From positions 4,690,862 through 4,754,861 of the forward strand of contig SMSO01000025.1 of the NCBI GenBank assembly GCA_004764695.1: 64,000 nucleotides of DNA. Direction: 5' to 3'. The stretch's first letter is position 1. Each line of letters begins with the position of its first letter. The notes under the pieces were generated by a model. That model made no database searches and was not told where the DNA came from. It saw only the letters and a list, made by a program, of their open reading frames with translations. The translations under genes and the position numbers were made by a program. The DNA comes from Schizochytrium sp. TIO01 (lineage: Eukaryota > Protista > Bigyra: Labyrinthulomycetes). Positions 44,944 to 57,113 of the stretch are shown piece after piece.

Positions 44944-46327
44944 ATGTAAGTGCAAGAGGTGGAGTTTGCAAGCTCCCTCGCTTGTCGAGCTGGAGGATAC
45001 CGGATCGGGATGGGCCTGGTGCTTGCTCAGGCTTGGCGGCTTTATTTGAGGCTTCACTGTGTCCTTTGGGAGCAATATCGCTTGGTAGTGGCGAGTGAGA
45101 GCCTGTGAAGATGGCTGGGGATAGCTTTGGACATGTACAATTGACTGCATGCAAGAGGGAGTTGGCGAGGGGTGCAGAGAAACTCTGGTATCTTCTTTTT
45201 TTCATCCAAAATGCGAACAAAGTCGCAGGGCAAAACCATAGTGACAAAGTTATACTTTTCACTGTACTAATGAGGAAGACCCAAGGAAGAGATTGATTAT
45301 CAATGGCGGGCCTCAAATCCTATGCAACGTTTCGTGGTATCAATCATATTGTCTTGGCATTGTCAAAAGCTGTTATGATTGCAAAACAGTGAACTGAACC
45401 AGCGAGACAAAAGAACTTCCATGGGCAGACTCTGATGCATGGAATTGCCAATGCATGCTACGTTTAACTGATTGTAACCCCTTGCATATCAGAATCGTCA
45501 ATGCATTGGGGGGGGTGCCTAGGATGTGGTGCAACGCTGTAATACAAGGAATTCTCGTAGTGCCATGGAACTCTGAAGACTAACAATCCAAAAACAAATT
45601 ATATCAACCGACTTGCACTTTGGGTATAATAACACATGTCATTCATTATGTTTGATGTTGCCCTCCTGTGTAAAAACCCTTATTCGTATATATATGTTGT
45701 CTCAAATACAGGTCGATCATGGAGTACAACGGTAGTGCCGTCGTGGCAATGACAGGCAAAAACTGTGTCGCGATTGCCAGCGACACCCGCATGGGTGCCC
45801 AGGCACTCACTGTTGCAACAAACCAGGAGCGTGTTTTCAAAATGAATAACAAAACTCTCCTTGGCCTCTCCGGACTTATCTCCGATGTGTACACTGTCCA
45901 GCAAAAGCTTGCGATGCAGGTCAACATGTATAAGCTTCGCGAAAACCGTGACATGAAGCCCACTGTGTTCAACAACATGCTCAGCTCCTTCCTCTATGCC
46001 CGCCGCTTTGGTCCTTACTTTGTAGAGCCTGTCGTGGCTGGTCTTGAGGGCCCGGACAACAAGCCGTTCATTTCTGGTCAGGATCTCCTCGGCGCCGCCG
46101 TTTTCACTGATGACTTTGTTGTTGCTGGTACCTCAGAATCAGAGCTCTTTGGTACCTGCGAAAGCTTCTACAAACCAAACCTTGAGCCCGAGGAGCTTTT
46201 TGAGACTATCTCCCAATGTATGCTTGCTGCTGTTGACAGAGATTGTCTTGCGGGTTGGGGTGGTGTTGTCCACATTCTCACGCCAACTGAGCACATTGTA
46301 AAGCACCTCAAGGGACGCCATGACTAA
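44944..46327 (+). CDS. PSMB3: 20S proteasome subunit beta type-3 (205 aa); exons 44944-44945 and 45712-46327
   Basis: YNGSAVVAMTGKNCVAIASD, RRFGPYFVEPVVAGL, DRDCLAGWGGVVH. Splicing accAT|GTAAGT...TACAG|G restores MSIMEYNG, matching the conserved beta-3 N-terminus. The position of exon 1 is less certain than the gene identity. Confidence 0.95.
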
Positions 46328-46704
46328 GTTTTTACCATATAATGCTCATTTGTGCGACTTTACTTTGACAACAAGGACACACAAATCGAAGTTTTCCCCT
46401 GAACAATACTTTGTTCTATGGCAACTTTTAAAAACACCTTCGAACTAACTAACCACCCTGAATCGCATCCGGAGCCTCTCTGTATGCAACTTCTCATTGT
46501 TAGCTCACTTCATTCACAAATAAACTAAAAAATGATATGAAAACTTTATATTTTCTTACTGAAAAGCGCAAAAACCTAGCTATAAATAACTTAGATTTGG
46601 GATATGTAAGACGTGTTCTGTTTTGTTGTTTGTTTTTTTAAGCAATCACCTCAGTTGCAAAAAAAAAAAAAAAAGAGAAAAAATCATGTGAAAAATGAAT
46701 TTGT

Positions 46705-49700
46705 TTATTTTTGCATCCCAACCTTAGGTGGTTGCGGCGCATTGGCTTCGTATTGCTGACTACGTTCAATACTGCGATACAATTCGATAAACTTAGCTTT
46801 TGATTGAGAAGGTGTTCTCCCACTTGCAAGCCATTGTTGTATTGAGAAGGAATTCCAAGAGCGATCCTGTCCAACAATTGGAATGGATTCTGGGGGCGCT
46901 GTTTTCACTTTACAGAGGAGACCGCCAGGACCACCAGCTCGAATGAGGTCGTCAACGAAGTTTTCGTATTGAACTACATCTCCTACGTCGGCAATCCAGC
47001 CAAAATATTGCAACAAAAGGCGAATTTGTGCTGGCGAACATGGTAAATACAATTCTCGACATGCTTCTATAAAGTCTTTAAAACAAATCTCGCCTGTTTC
47101 ATCCTTGTCATATCGCATAAATACCTTGCGTGGGTCAATTCGACTCTTCACTAATGCAAGGCGAACGCTCTGTCCTACATGAGCCACTAATGACCCAACC
47201 TCGCGGTCAACACCAAGACATTGGGCACTAAACTTCACATAATCAACCATATCATGACCTGCAGGGTCTAAGTTATCAAGCAGCAGCTGTACCTGATCCT
47301 TACTAAGGGGTTCAGGGCATAGCGAGAGTTTTTGACTCAAAGTGAATTCGAAGTTTGCGCGAGATATGTGCCCCGTCCCAGAGCGGTCAAATTTGGCAAA
47401 CGCACCACGAATATCTAGCTCTCCTCCTACTATTTGCGACCGAAGGCGGAGGTGATCAGCAAGTTTTACTATGATATCATCTACTTGACGGAAGGTAGGA
47501 GCAAGCATCCTCACAAATCGCTCATAGTCAATCAAACGAGCGTCCGATGTACTTTGTACCCATCGAAGTAGCATCTGCAGTTCTTGCTCGTTAAATATAC
47601 TACAGCCGCCAAGGTCGACTTCAAGGATCTCGCGAAAGACTTCTCTAGTCAATACTCCTCTCAGCGCAGAATCACGGGCTCTGAATTCTGCAATGTAGTG
47701 CTTACGATTTGTTTTAGCGAGTCTTTGGAAATGGTATCGTAAGTCTTGAATCAATTGTAGCATCTTTGGAAGTTCGTCTTTGGGCCTAAGTTGAAGCATA
47801 CTGATCAACTGCCCATCATATTGAATTCGATTAGTGGATGTTTTAAATACATCGCAGACTCGCGAAAACGTAACCATGGGAAGGCATGGGGCAATTTTTT
47901 GCATTGCACTGCTAAACTCGCGTTGCGTCAGCAAACCTGACCCTTCAGTATCCATTGCCTTCAATATGTCTATAGGATTCTCAACAGCAACATAATCTCT
48001 TAGGCATAACTCAAGTAAAAGAAAGTCGTTTTCCCCATCCTCTTCAGAAATCAAGAACTCCCACACACAAGACAGCAAGTGCTCCCCACAGGCTGCTTTA
48101 TCTACAGCCAAGGCTTCAGCAAATGCGAGAGCGTCTTCCTTTCTATGCGCATTCTCCAGTCCCGACTTCGGCACAACTCTTTTTATGAGCTTCACAAGAT
48201 GATCTAAAGTAAAGTTCTCCGGAACTCCCGCGTCATATAAGACAATGTCTGCCAATATACGTTGTGCTCCAAGACCTTTAAGTAGGCTCTGCTGGATTTT
48301 CTTACGGGCTGCCTGAAGGAGACCGTGAGTGCGAAAATGTGGTTCTGGTGCTACATCGTGAGCTGGCCAAAAGAGCCGCAACAAGGTCTTTGAACTCAGC
48401 ATACCTTTTTCTGATTTTTTATCTTTAGCGAGCCGAATGATCTCTCGCACATTGGTTTCACTTAACTTGATCCCAGAACGAGACATAGCTTGTATTAGTT
48501 GCTTTTCAGAAATTTTCGAGCTTGATTTTAACAATGCCCGAATAGAAAACGCATCAGTTTCACATATTGCCCTCCGAATGTTTATCCAGTCTACAATATA
48601 TCCAGGACCGCTTTGTTTTTGTGTCTTACTCGCTTCATTTTCTTGATCACTTTCGTTTCCTAGCTCAGAATTAGTACTACAGCTATCTTCTACCTCACTA
48701 GATGAAGATATGGTAGAGACTGTCTCGACTTGAGAGGAGACATCTGAATTGGTGAACCCGTCAGCTAATGAACGTCTAACTAACCTACTAGCGATCACAT
48801 GGATAGCCGCAGCTCTAATAAATCCAGACTCATTAAGTTGATGTTCTTCTAGAAAACGAATTAGTTGTTCGTCACTTGCTAGTGTATGTTTTCTGACAAT
48901 CGACTTGAATCGGCCGAGGGATATCGTCATATCTGCACTAAGACGGCGCCCTGTCAACATAGAGAAGTTTTTCGTGTATTTGCTTGAGTCACTAAATTGA
49001 TTTACAATGAAATCTTGAATTGAGGTACTGTCCTGGCTTTGCAAGCCCTCATTCGACGACTTTGTAGTTGAATTTATTTGATTCAAAATAACAATGACAA
49101 TATCCCGTAATACAGAAAGATTCACTCGATTTGGCCTGTGACTGTCGGCAAAAAGCGTGGCAATATGTTCAACCTCCCATTCTTGAAACTCATATGCTGT
49201 GAATACAAGAATAGGGTAGAATATCTTTGCGAAATCCACCTTTGATCTATGAGGACGACTGCCCAAAGCATCTATCACCTTGCTTCCATGCACGCGGCAA
49301 ACCTCAACCAAAAGCTGTTGTATGCGAGCAGGGTTATATACAAAGAGCCCTTGAAATGCTTTCATTGGAATAAAGTGCTTGTTGAAATTATCTTTTCCTG
49401 CAATTGAATTAAGAAGCTCAGTCATACTTGCATCGTCTCCAAAGTCGATTCCAATTTGCTCAAAAACCTGCTGTGCTTCTTTATGTGTTATATGCCGTGG
49501 GGGTACAGAAGCGTCTGGATCATTGTCTAATATGTCTCGTGCACGTTCTACCAAAAGCTCAGTATCTGGAAGTTGTTTTACGATGCATTCTTCTGCAGAG
49601 GTTAATATATCGGTGGTACACGCATACAATTGCTGGATTAAATCAAGGCGAATTTTCTCGAGCCTTCGTAGTTGAGTCTGTTTCTCGCGTTTTTCTCTTT

Positions 49701-51078
49701 GAGCTTTTTCGTTCGTTCCCAAATTTGATGCAATTTTGGCAAATTCCAATTCTAAATCCCGCGTTGCATTTGCACCATCAGTTCGTAGTTTTCGCACAAA
49801 AACATCAAGCGTCTGGCTTCTCCCTGCTGAGCGTGTCGTGAGAAGATGAAGTCCATTTGGGTTGCTCGGGTCATCGATAGGGAAGGTGCCTGTCATGTCT
49901 TCTCCACCTGCAATAATACTTTGAAAATCCTGACATGGAACCATCTCTTGTGTGTAGCCGGCGTATATGTTACATATCGCTTTTGCGTCCTTGCTATTTC
50001 GTCTAATCCAAACGGTCGGACGTACAGCAAATGTTCGGGTGAGGTCAAGAAGACTTACTGGACGTTTAGATTGAGTCAAAGGCACCTCAACGAACCCTTG
50101 CCGAATTAATACAGAGTCCGTTTCTGGTGATCTTTTATTCCAGTAACATATAATATCTGTGACTCGAGCTCTTTGGAAGATATTGGCATCATGGTATTCT
50201 TCTCGTGTTGCACGACGCAACCAAATGCCAATATCTGCTCCCATGGCTCGCTCAAACCCTTGGTCTATTATGTCCAGTATCTGCAACTTGGTGGCACGAG
50301 CAGAAAGCAATCGAATTTCAACAACAACAGCTGGGGCCTCTCGCAGGCAAGACCCAGTCAGCCAAGCAGCATGCTCGCAGATTCGAGGAACATTGGAATA
50401 GATAAATTGGCTGAACGAAGTTTTGTCAACTTCACCACAGCCTTTGCGGTCCATATATCGAAAAATCACATGCTTTATTTCGGCATCTGTAAAAGAATCA
50501 TCCTGTCCTCTCAGAACTTGTTTCAATAAACGTCGAAAGTTTTTGTTACGAACGCTTTGGGAATTCTTACGCGAATGGTCGATCCATCGCGCAAAGGATT
50601 TGTCTGCACCACCATCTAGCTCTGCTAAAATCTTGAGCTTTTTCTGCAATAAATCTACTGCAGCCTCCAGTTCAAGGGTACTTCGCGCAAAACAGGCACT
50701 CGCGCCAGCAAATGTACGGAGTCTATCTCCATAAATCTGATTTAGAATAGCTGCTGCATCAACAACAGTATCACGTGTTGCGTCATCAATACGTCCTCTC
50801 CATCTAGCTATGATTCGCAAGAAACGCTCCGTCATTTTCTGGCGCTGTTTATGCAGACCATTGCTGGGAACCCTGGCCAATGATGCCTCGAACGCATCTG
50901 CTAGTTCACTCACATTGAAGCCTGCTCCTGGCGAACGAGTATCAGCAATGAGCTGTTCTAGCCAAGCTCGCGCCGCAATTGTACGTTTTGCAGGAACTTC
51001 CCCAGGTTTCGCAGTGGGCCCTGTGCTACTCATTGTGCAGGGACAGGGATTGTGGTTGTTCTGGGATTGCCGCTCCAT
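46705..51078 (-). CDS. Large multi-EF-hand protein with a possible MABP-like beta-prism region
   Basis: ~1457-aa ORF (alternative start at 51033). EF-hand-like loops DRKGCGEVDKTSF, DTEGSGLLTQREF, DRSGTGHISRANF, DPAGHDMVDYVKF and DKDETGEICFKDF. Repeating V(V/T)(E/D)I...GF...IWxRR segments near aa 250-430. Confidence 0.85.
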   Translation of the reverse strand: MERQSQNNHNPCPCTMSSTGPTAKPGEVPAKRTIAARAWLEQLIADTRSPGAGFNVSELADAFEASLARVPSNGLHKQRQKMTERFLRIIARWRGRIDDATRDTVVDAAAILNQIYGDRLRTFAGASACFARSTLELEAAVDLLQKKLKILAELDGGADKSFARWIDHSRKNSQSVRNKNFRRLLKQVLRGQDDSFTDAEIKHVIFRYMDRKGCGEVDKTSFSQFIYSNVPRICEHAAWLTGSCLREAPAVVVEIRLLSARATKLQILDIIDQGFERAMGADIGIWLRRATREEYHDANIFQRARVTDIICYWNKRSPETDSVLIRQGFVEVPLTQSKRPVSLLDLTRTFAVRPTVWIRRNSKDAKAICNIYAGYTQEMVPCQDFQSIIAGGEDMTGTFPIDDPSNPNGLHLLTTRSAGRSQTLDVFVRKLRTDGANATRDLELEFAKIASNLGTNEKAQREKREKQTQLRRLEKIRLDLIQQLYACTTDILTSAEECIVKQLPDTELLVERARDILDNDPDASVPPRHITHKEAQQVFEQIGIDFGDDASMTELLNSIAGKDNFNKHFIPMKAFQGLFVYNPARIQQLLVEVCRVHGSKVIDALGSRPHRSKVDFAKIFYPILVFTAYEFQEWEVEHIATLFADSHRPNRVNLSVLRDIVIVILNQINSTTKSSNEGLQSQDSTSIQDFIVNQFSDSSKYTKNFSMLTGRRLSADMTISLGRFKSIVRKHTLASDEQLIRFLEEHQLNESGFIRAAAIHVIASRLVRRSLADGFTNSDVSSQVETVSTISSSSEVEDSCSTNSELGNESDQENEASKTQKQSGPGYIVDWINIRRAICETDAFSIRALLKSSSKISEKQLIQAMSRSGIKLSETNVREIIRLAKDKKSEKGMLSSKTLLRLFWPAHDVAPEPHFRTHGLLQAARKKIQQSLLKGLGAQRILADIVLYDAGVPENFTLDHLVKLIKRVVPKSGLENAHRKEDALAFAEALAVDKAACGEHLLSCVWEFLISEEDGENDFLLLELCLRDYVAVENPIDILKAMDTEGSGLLTQREFSSAMQKIAPCLPMVTFSRVCDVFKTSTNRIQYDGQLISMLQLRPKDELPKMLQLIQDLRYHFQRLAKTNRKHYIAEFRARDSALRGVLTREVFREILEVDLGGCSIFNEQELQMLLRWVQSTSDARLIDYERFVRMLAPTFRQVDDIIVKLADHLRLRSQIVGGELDIRGAFAKFDRSGTGHISRANFEFTLSQKLSLCPEPLSKDQVQLLLDNLDPAGHDMVDYVKFSAQCLGVDREVGSLVAHVGQSVRLALVKSRIDPRKVFMRYDKDETGEICFKDFIEACRELYLPCSPAQIRLLLQYFGWIADVGDVVQYENFVDDLIRAGGPGGLLCKVKTAPPESIPIVGQDRSWNSFSIQQWLASGRTPSQSKAKFIELYRSIERSQQYEANAPQPPKVGMQK

Positions 51079-51457
51079 TGATAACACACATTAACTTCAA
51101 CTTTCATTATGGAAACCTAGTCTAGCACCTACTAACAGGAACCACTACCACTCTTGTCTATACGTTTCTAAATTCTTAGCTTCTTGCAGTCCACTTAATA
51201 AGTACTTCATAGGCCAAAGCAGTATGTTCCCTGAGTCTGGTGAAGACTGGGGCTTAATTCCTGGCAATTTTTTAGCTTTTACTACCTCCAAATATTCCTT
51301 CACAGTCATCAATTGACTCTTTTTGTAAAAAAAATTAAATAAAAGGAACCTTTGTTGTCATGTTATCGTAACGGTCACTTCTTAAATAGGGACAGTGAAA
51401 ACATGTCCCAACGAAGAACAACAACCAATTATTAGCAAAAACATATCATCGCTGACA

Positions 51458-52561
51458 ATGGAAACTGAGCTTTGTGAGCTGGAGTCTGCGCGAGAGCTCT
51501 TGAGCGACCTGCGAAGTCTCCTTCCAGAGCTCCTGAGCCGCTGTCAGCAGGTAGGAAAATGTCGTTCGAAGTTACTAAAGGGGGTCGAGGGGGACGAAGC
51601 AAAACGAATTAAATCCCGATTGGAAAAGGCGGAACTTGAGAGGGATGCACTTCGACAGCACATTCTCTCTCGAGTGGAGATGTCTGGAGATACCGTTGCT
51701 GAGGTTCGACGCATCATTTCTGCTTGCATTTCTCTTGACAATATTGCATTAGAAATGCCCCTGGCAGCTGCGATCCCAGAGTTCTGCAAATCTGTTCCTG
51801 CGAGACGAAAAGATTTACTGGATCGCGTGAAAAAGCTTCGTAATACTCTTAAAATCATGCGCGACACTGAAAGGGGTACACAGGCAGTAGAAGAGAAGCA
51901 TAAAGATGACATGAGCTTTGATTCCCAGGAGGACATGTTGAAGCAGCACCTAACGCGCTTGCACAAACTTCTAGGCAAACTCGAACAGTGTACAACACAC
52001 TTGAGCAGAGTGAAAGGCGAAAAGTACATTGCAAAATATGAAAGCGAACGTGCAACTTTGAAGAATGAACAGAAATTCGTCCGGGAACTTTTGCAAAATT
52101 GGCTCGAGCGTAATGAGCAGCACGGTAGTCAAGTCTGGGAGCGACATGGAGAGCTTGCAGGGGCCATGGTTGCAGCTCTTTCCGAAAATATCGAGGATGT
52201 GGATTTAACGCGGGCAATGCGTGAGGACCTCGCTCCATTTGTTGTCATTTCGACACCTCGCTCTACACACGTTGTAACTCGCAGGCCTCGTCCATCCAGT
52301 AGTATTTCATACCCGAATTCTAAAAACAAAATACCCATCTCAAACTCCGAAGATATATCCCGCCTCGAGGAAAGGCAATCTGGGCTTCAATTTTGCCTTC
52401 CCTCATCCTCAATTTCAAAAGGAATAGTCACACAGAAGAGAGAGCCACACATTGCAAAGCTGCACTCACGCAGAACATCTACACGCTCTACCCAATTACA
52501 AGTCAAGCATGGAGAACCATCGCTGGATCTCTCTTTATCAATCAATGGTCTTAGCCTTTAA
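51458..52561 (+). CDS. Hypothetical coiled-coil protein (367 aa)
   Basis: Long ORF with L/E/K/R heptad-rich helices; first ATG in acaATGG context; divergent from the EF-hand gene. Confidence 0.75.
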   Translation: METELCELESARELLSDLRSLLPELLSRCQQVGKCRSKLLKGVEGDEAKRIKSRLEKAELERDALRQHILSRVEMSGDTVAEVRRIISACISLDNIALEMPLAAAIPEFCKSVPARRKDLLDRVKKLRNTLKIMRDTERGTQAVEEKHKDDMSFDSQEDMLKQHLTRLHKLLGKLEQCTTHLSRVKGEKYIAKYESERATLKNEQKFVRELLQNWLERNEQHGSQVWERHGELAGAMVAALSENIEDVDLTRAMREDLAPFVVISTPRSTHVVTRRPRPSSSISYPNSKNKIPISNSEDISRLEERQSGLQFCLPSSSISKGIVTQKREPHIAKLHSRRTSTRSTQLQVKHGEPSLDLSLSINGLSL

Positions 52562-53093
52562 TAGACGCAAGGATTTTTCTATATGTGTACTAGCTTTTGT
52601 TTTTCTAGTTCCAGATATTTGAGAATATTGAGGTTGAAGAATCTCGCAGCTTCACCTTGTTACAATCAATCTGGTCCATCCAAGACTACATTTTAAAATA
52701 TTTAAAAAAAAAAAAAAAAAAAAGACTAAACCAGGAAATAAATAACTTCCTAATAATAACAATTCCTTCCTTTCATGTCCTGTCACTCCAAGCATTCTTT
52801 TATGTCTGTTCTGCTACGTTTGGGAAAGACACATATCATTCCCAAACTGAGCTTAGTCCAAAGCGACTTTGTTGCACTCTTGTCTACACCAAACCTAGTG
52901 TCCTTGATGCAAAAGCAAGACGCTTTTTGCTTGAGAAAAGCGCAGTCGGACTTGACCTTGTTCCGGTCCTACTTTGAGGGTACAAAGAACTATCTTTTAA
53001 GTCTTTGGGCGGCTTGAGATATTAAAACCAGAGACTTAGAGGGAGAAGCAAAGCAGCAGAACCGCGAGATCTCAGTCCCCTTGGGCATGGACA

Positions 53094-54206
53094 ATGTCAG
53101 CTCATTCGACTCTTTCTTTTGATCATGTGTGCGCTCAAGTCGAGGCGTGGGCGAAATCCCAAGAGGCGAAGAACTTGGGGATGGAACTGATTGCTGAAGT
53201 CAAAACTCCTCAACACTCTTACTGCTGGGATGACGCGAGGCTACAGCTTTCACCAACGTGGGTGTTCGATTCTCGCCACAAGCGTGTTTTTGGTGTCGTG
53301 CAATTCACAGATGCTTCCCAGGGTGGCCCAAAGACTACCCATGGTGGAGCAGTGCAGCTGGTCATGGATGTAGCGTCCCATATCGTAAGACAAATTCTTG
53401 TAGAACCCCCTCTTTTCCGGTCAAACATCACCGTCCGCTACCTCAATCTGACACCAATTGGGCATCCACTTTTGATAGAAGCATTTAAAGACCGTGCACG
53501 AATTTTGACACCTGAAATGAAATCAATTCTAAGGTCATCAAAGAACGCAAATGCACGTGTGTTTGCAGAGTCAACTTATTCTTTTCAGACTGCCACAGCA
53601 GCAGCACCAAAGAATCTTGTACATGCTGCGTCTCAATCAAAGATCTATTCAAGTTTCGCATGGCCAGAAAGTAGCCTAGTGCAATCTGCATGTGATTTCG
53701 CGTCACGAAATGGTAGGCTTAAACCTGATGAACTTTTGCCTCGAATCGGAGAATACGAAAAGTTTGAGTTCCCACCGGATGCTTCAGGAGGAGCTAAAAT
53801 TATGGTAAGGTGTTTTTGCCAGGATAACCCTGTTAGGTCGCATGCTGTATTTCTTTTCGGGCCTGGATGTGGACCTGATTGGGCTAATTCTCATGAATAT
53901 CTAAATGGAAGTGCAATTTATGTTGCTCTCGACCAGCTTGCCGGACGGGCAACACGCCTGAGCTTTGGCAATGGATTAGGTCGCCCAGTTACTGCTGAAA
54001 TGCACGTAGGTCTTGAGAATCCTGAGCACGTAGCATTACCTGCGGTGTGCACCGCAGAGGTTGAAGTTGAGACAAAAACGAGCTCAAGTGGCAAGCTCGT
54101 AATTCTGGCCAAGTACATTCTTCATACATGGCCAGCGAGGATTAAGATTGCTGCTGGTCATGCGCGGTTTGCAAAGGTAGAGTGGGAGAGCGAACCTCAG
54201 GTGTGA
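53094..54206 (+). CDS. Double hotdog-fold thioesterase (PaaI/THEM4-like)
   Basis: QGGPKTTHGGAVQLVMD hotdog motif and ITVRYLNLTPIG strand; a second, degenerate repeat YLNGSAIYVALDQLAG...VTAEMHV. Confidence 0.8.
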   Translation: MSAHSTLSFDHVCAQVEAWAKSQEAKNLGMELIAEVKTPQHSYCWDDARLQLSPTWVFDSRHKRVFGVVQFTDASQGGPKTTHGGAVQLVMDVASHIVRQILVEPPLFRSNITVRYLNLTPIGHPLLIEAFKDRARILTPEMKSILRSSKNANARVFAESTYSFQTATAAAPKNLVHAASQSKIYSSFAWPESSLVQSACDFASRNGRLKPDELLPRIGEYEKFEFPPDASGGAKIMVRCFCQDNPVRSHAVFLFGPGCGPDWANSHEYLNGSAIYVALDQLAGRATRLSFGNGLGRPVTAEMHVGLENPEHVALPAVCTAEVEVETKTSSSGKLVILAKYILHTWPARIKIAAGHARFAKVEWESEPQV

Positions 54207-54606
54207 CACGGTCTATCAATAAATAACTTTACATATATATGGTATGTTGTCAACAACAATTTCGTATCTTCAACTTGGATGATACATGTTACTAAAAAAT
54301 GTAAGGTAAACATGAATTGCAGTATGCTATCTCTGAGGAAACTTGTTGGACCTCTTCAGGAGCATGCAATTTGAAGCTGGACTAACTAGCAAGATTTCTG
54401 AATTAATACCACACTTTGACATTTTTTAGTATTTTCCTAGTGTGTGTGTGGGGGGGGGGGGGGGGCGTACTTGTTAGGCATATATTCAAGAAGGCTTAGA
54501 AGTTTGGAGAAGAATGGTATAATAGTTGGAATGATATTCAGTGAACTTTTATGCATTTGAGTGCGCATGGTATTAGGCAAGGTTATTTTATATGTATAAG
54601 AAAAAT

Positions 54607-56613
54607 CTATCTTCCCTCTCGCTTGTATCGTTCAAGGGCCTGCTCGGCGATAGGGCGCCAAATCTTCGTCATAGACAGGTCAATACCGAATGCATTGCTC
54701 ATACCACGGAGAAGTACGGAAACGCGACCAGGCATGATAAGGTGATCGTTAAGCGAGACAACAGGGTCCTCGCCTTCACAGTATTCCATAAACTCCTGCA
54801 AGTTCATGTTTCCAAATACCTCGCTGCTGTTGGAGTCATGCCAAAACTTTGCTAGACGATACTGAATGTCTACATTTCCGTACTTGGAGATGTTTCCAAC
54901 AGATTGGAGCAATTTGACAACCTCTTCTTTATCTTGATTGTCAAGAGCGATGAGGATCTTTGCGTAGGCGAGGCGCTCGCGCTGAGGAAGACGCTTACAC
55001 TGGCCCAGGTCAATCAAACCAAGACGGCCATCCTCAAGAAGCATGATGTTGCCAGGGTGCGGATCGCAGTTAAACTACATATGCAAAATCAGGAACCATT
55101 ATCAAGTCAAAGTTAGTTGATCCATACAGATTGAAAATCCCAGACGCCCCCTCACTTCAGCTCAATCGATGTAATTATATCATTTCAATATCATAAAATC
55201 TCTCTTTCGCTTGATCAAGTGAACCACGTGAAATGCAATAACTGTGGTTCCCCTATTCACCCGATATTCCTGTTATTAACTTACCACGCCGTCAAGAAGA
55301 ATTTCGTGACCGTGAACCTTGGCTACTGTACGAATAATCTCTGCAAGATTAAGTAGGTGTGTCTCCTCCTCGTACTTGATAGACCCAAAGAGCCATCCCA
55401 AAGTGCCGTTGTAGATTGCAGTGCCAAAGTTAACAAGGCTACGGCGGAGGTCGAGAATGTGCTGGTACTTTTTGATCTTGCGCTGTTCGTCATCAATGTC
55501 CTGGAATTTGTGCAAACGAATCTTCTCAAGGTGTTCCTTCTCTAAGTCCTCATAAGAACGTCCCTGCTTTTCGGCGACAGCACGCATAGATTCCTTAATA
55601 CCTTCAACGAGAGGCTTTCCTCGAAGGAATTCCATTACTAGAACGTCATGGCTGCACAGATTCAGGAAAGGCTTAGGAATGACGACCTTTTCATGGAACA
55701 GAGGAATGACGTTGTCATGCACTTCAATAAGGTTATGAGCTTCGCCCATGTAGTCGAACTCCGTCTTAAACTGCTCCTCAATCTCCTTCATGGCTGGCAC
55801 GTGCTGAGGCATCGCAAACGAGCAGAAGTCCTTGATAGTCTTGATATCTGCTCGAAACTTGCGCTCAATGTTCGGTGCCTGGACCTTCACTGCGACCTCC
55901 TCGCCAGTGTCCCTAAGCTTGGCGCGGTGAACCTGCCCAATCGATGCACTTCCACATGGCACGGGGTCGAACTCCGAGAATACCTGTCGAAGCGGCTTGC
56001 CCAAGCTTTTCTCAACAATTGCCTCGGCCTCTCCTGGGGCAAGCTGAGTGGGGGCCTGGTCCTGCATCTGTTTGCACCACTTAAGATACTGAGGTGGCAG
56101 AAAGTAGTCTGCAGTGCTAACAATCTGGCTCACCTTGAGATAAAATCCACGCTGCTCCAGAACCGCATCCCGAACCACAGGTGCGTACTTGTCGTGCAGC
56201 TTGTTGTACGCTTCGTTCTGCGCTTCATCGTCCAAGCCTTTCACTTTGTATTGGACGAGCAAGTAATGCGCATAAATCGGCAGCACCACACGCCAAAACA
56301 CAAGCTGTCGACGCGTTCCCTCATCACGCTCTGCCTGTACTGCAAGTGCCACTCCACCAACTACGCCGGCGACTCCAAGGCCTCGCAAAACGCGAAAGAG
56401 CACTCCTCGAGGCTTCGCGACCGAAGCTCCTGCGGCAGAGCTCGAGCTCGTAGCGGTAGTAGCAGCAGCGGAGTTCGACAGTGATCTCGACGTGCAGAAT
56501 GCAACGCCGTTCAGGTTCACAGCCCGAGACGAGAGGAACGGAGTTGTGCGCCCCACAGACAACTCGATGGCGCAAGCAATATGGTGCCTCGAGCGAGCCG
56601 CGACTGCCTGCAT
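54607..56613 (-). CDS. ABC1/UbiB/ADCK atypical kinase (598 aa); exons 56613-55285 and 55074-54607
   Basis: GFYLKVSQ (KxGQ-like), QDQAP, GSASIGQVHRA, VAVKVQ, EFDYMGEA, LVMEF. A phase-0 intron at 55284-55075 (GTAAGT...ATGTAG) gives DGVFNCDPHPGN...IDLGQ. The R/S/A-rich N-terminus suggests organellar targeting. Confidence 0.93.
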
Positions 56614-57113
56614 CTTGTCCACAACTTGTCTATACACTTGTTCGAGCTGGCCCCTCTGCTTTTAGAGGCTGGCAGCGAGGCTTTCTGTGCCTCGACGCTC
56701 CTGTGGGATGTTTGGTTGCAGGTTTGCTCGAGGCCTGCAGTGCTGCATGTTCTCCTGCGCTTCTGTCAGGACGATGGCGTAATATGTCGTAAACTTGTAG
56801 CACTTGTAAAAACGCAAATTGCAATAGTTTCACAATTCCAGGTACTACGCAATGCGAAGCTTTCTCTGGTCTCAAGCTCGACCCTAATCGAAACATCCCC
56901 AGGGGCGCTTAGCCAGCCACATCCTGAACGATGGACCGTCTCAAGGCCCAGGCCTTGGCCCTGAACCAGCCCAAAGCTCCAAGTTCCGAAAAATGCCGTA
57001 CTCCCTATTAGGTATCATCGCTAAAAGTGGGTGTGCAGAAACTGCAACTTCTGTAAACCACAAAACGTAGAACTTCATTCGTTTACAAGAAGATCAGTCT
57101 GGTGCAAGACGTT

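Noticed and set aside
44453-45316. 287-aa minus-strand ORF
   Set aside because: Non-ATG start, overlaps the predicted PSMB3 exon 1, intron and promoter, includes low-complexity translation, and has no recognisable domain.
42863-56613. CoA/quinone metabolic gene cluster (DPCK-Nudix, thioesterase, ABC1 kinase)
   Set aside because: The genes are interspersed with unrelated ones in mixed orientation, and nothing in the sequence indicates co-regulation.
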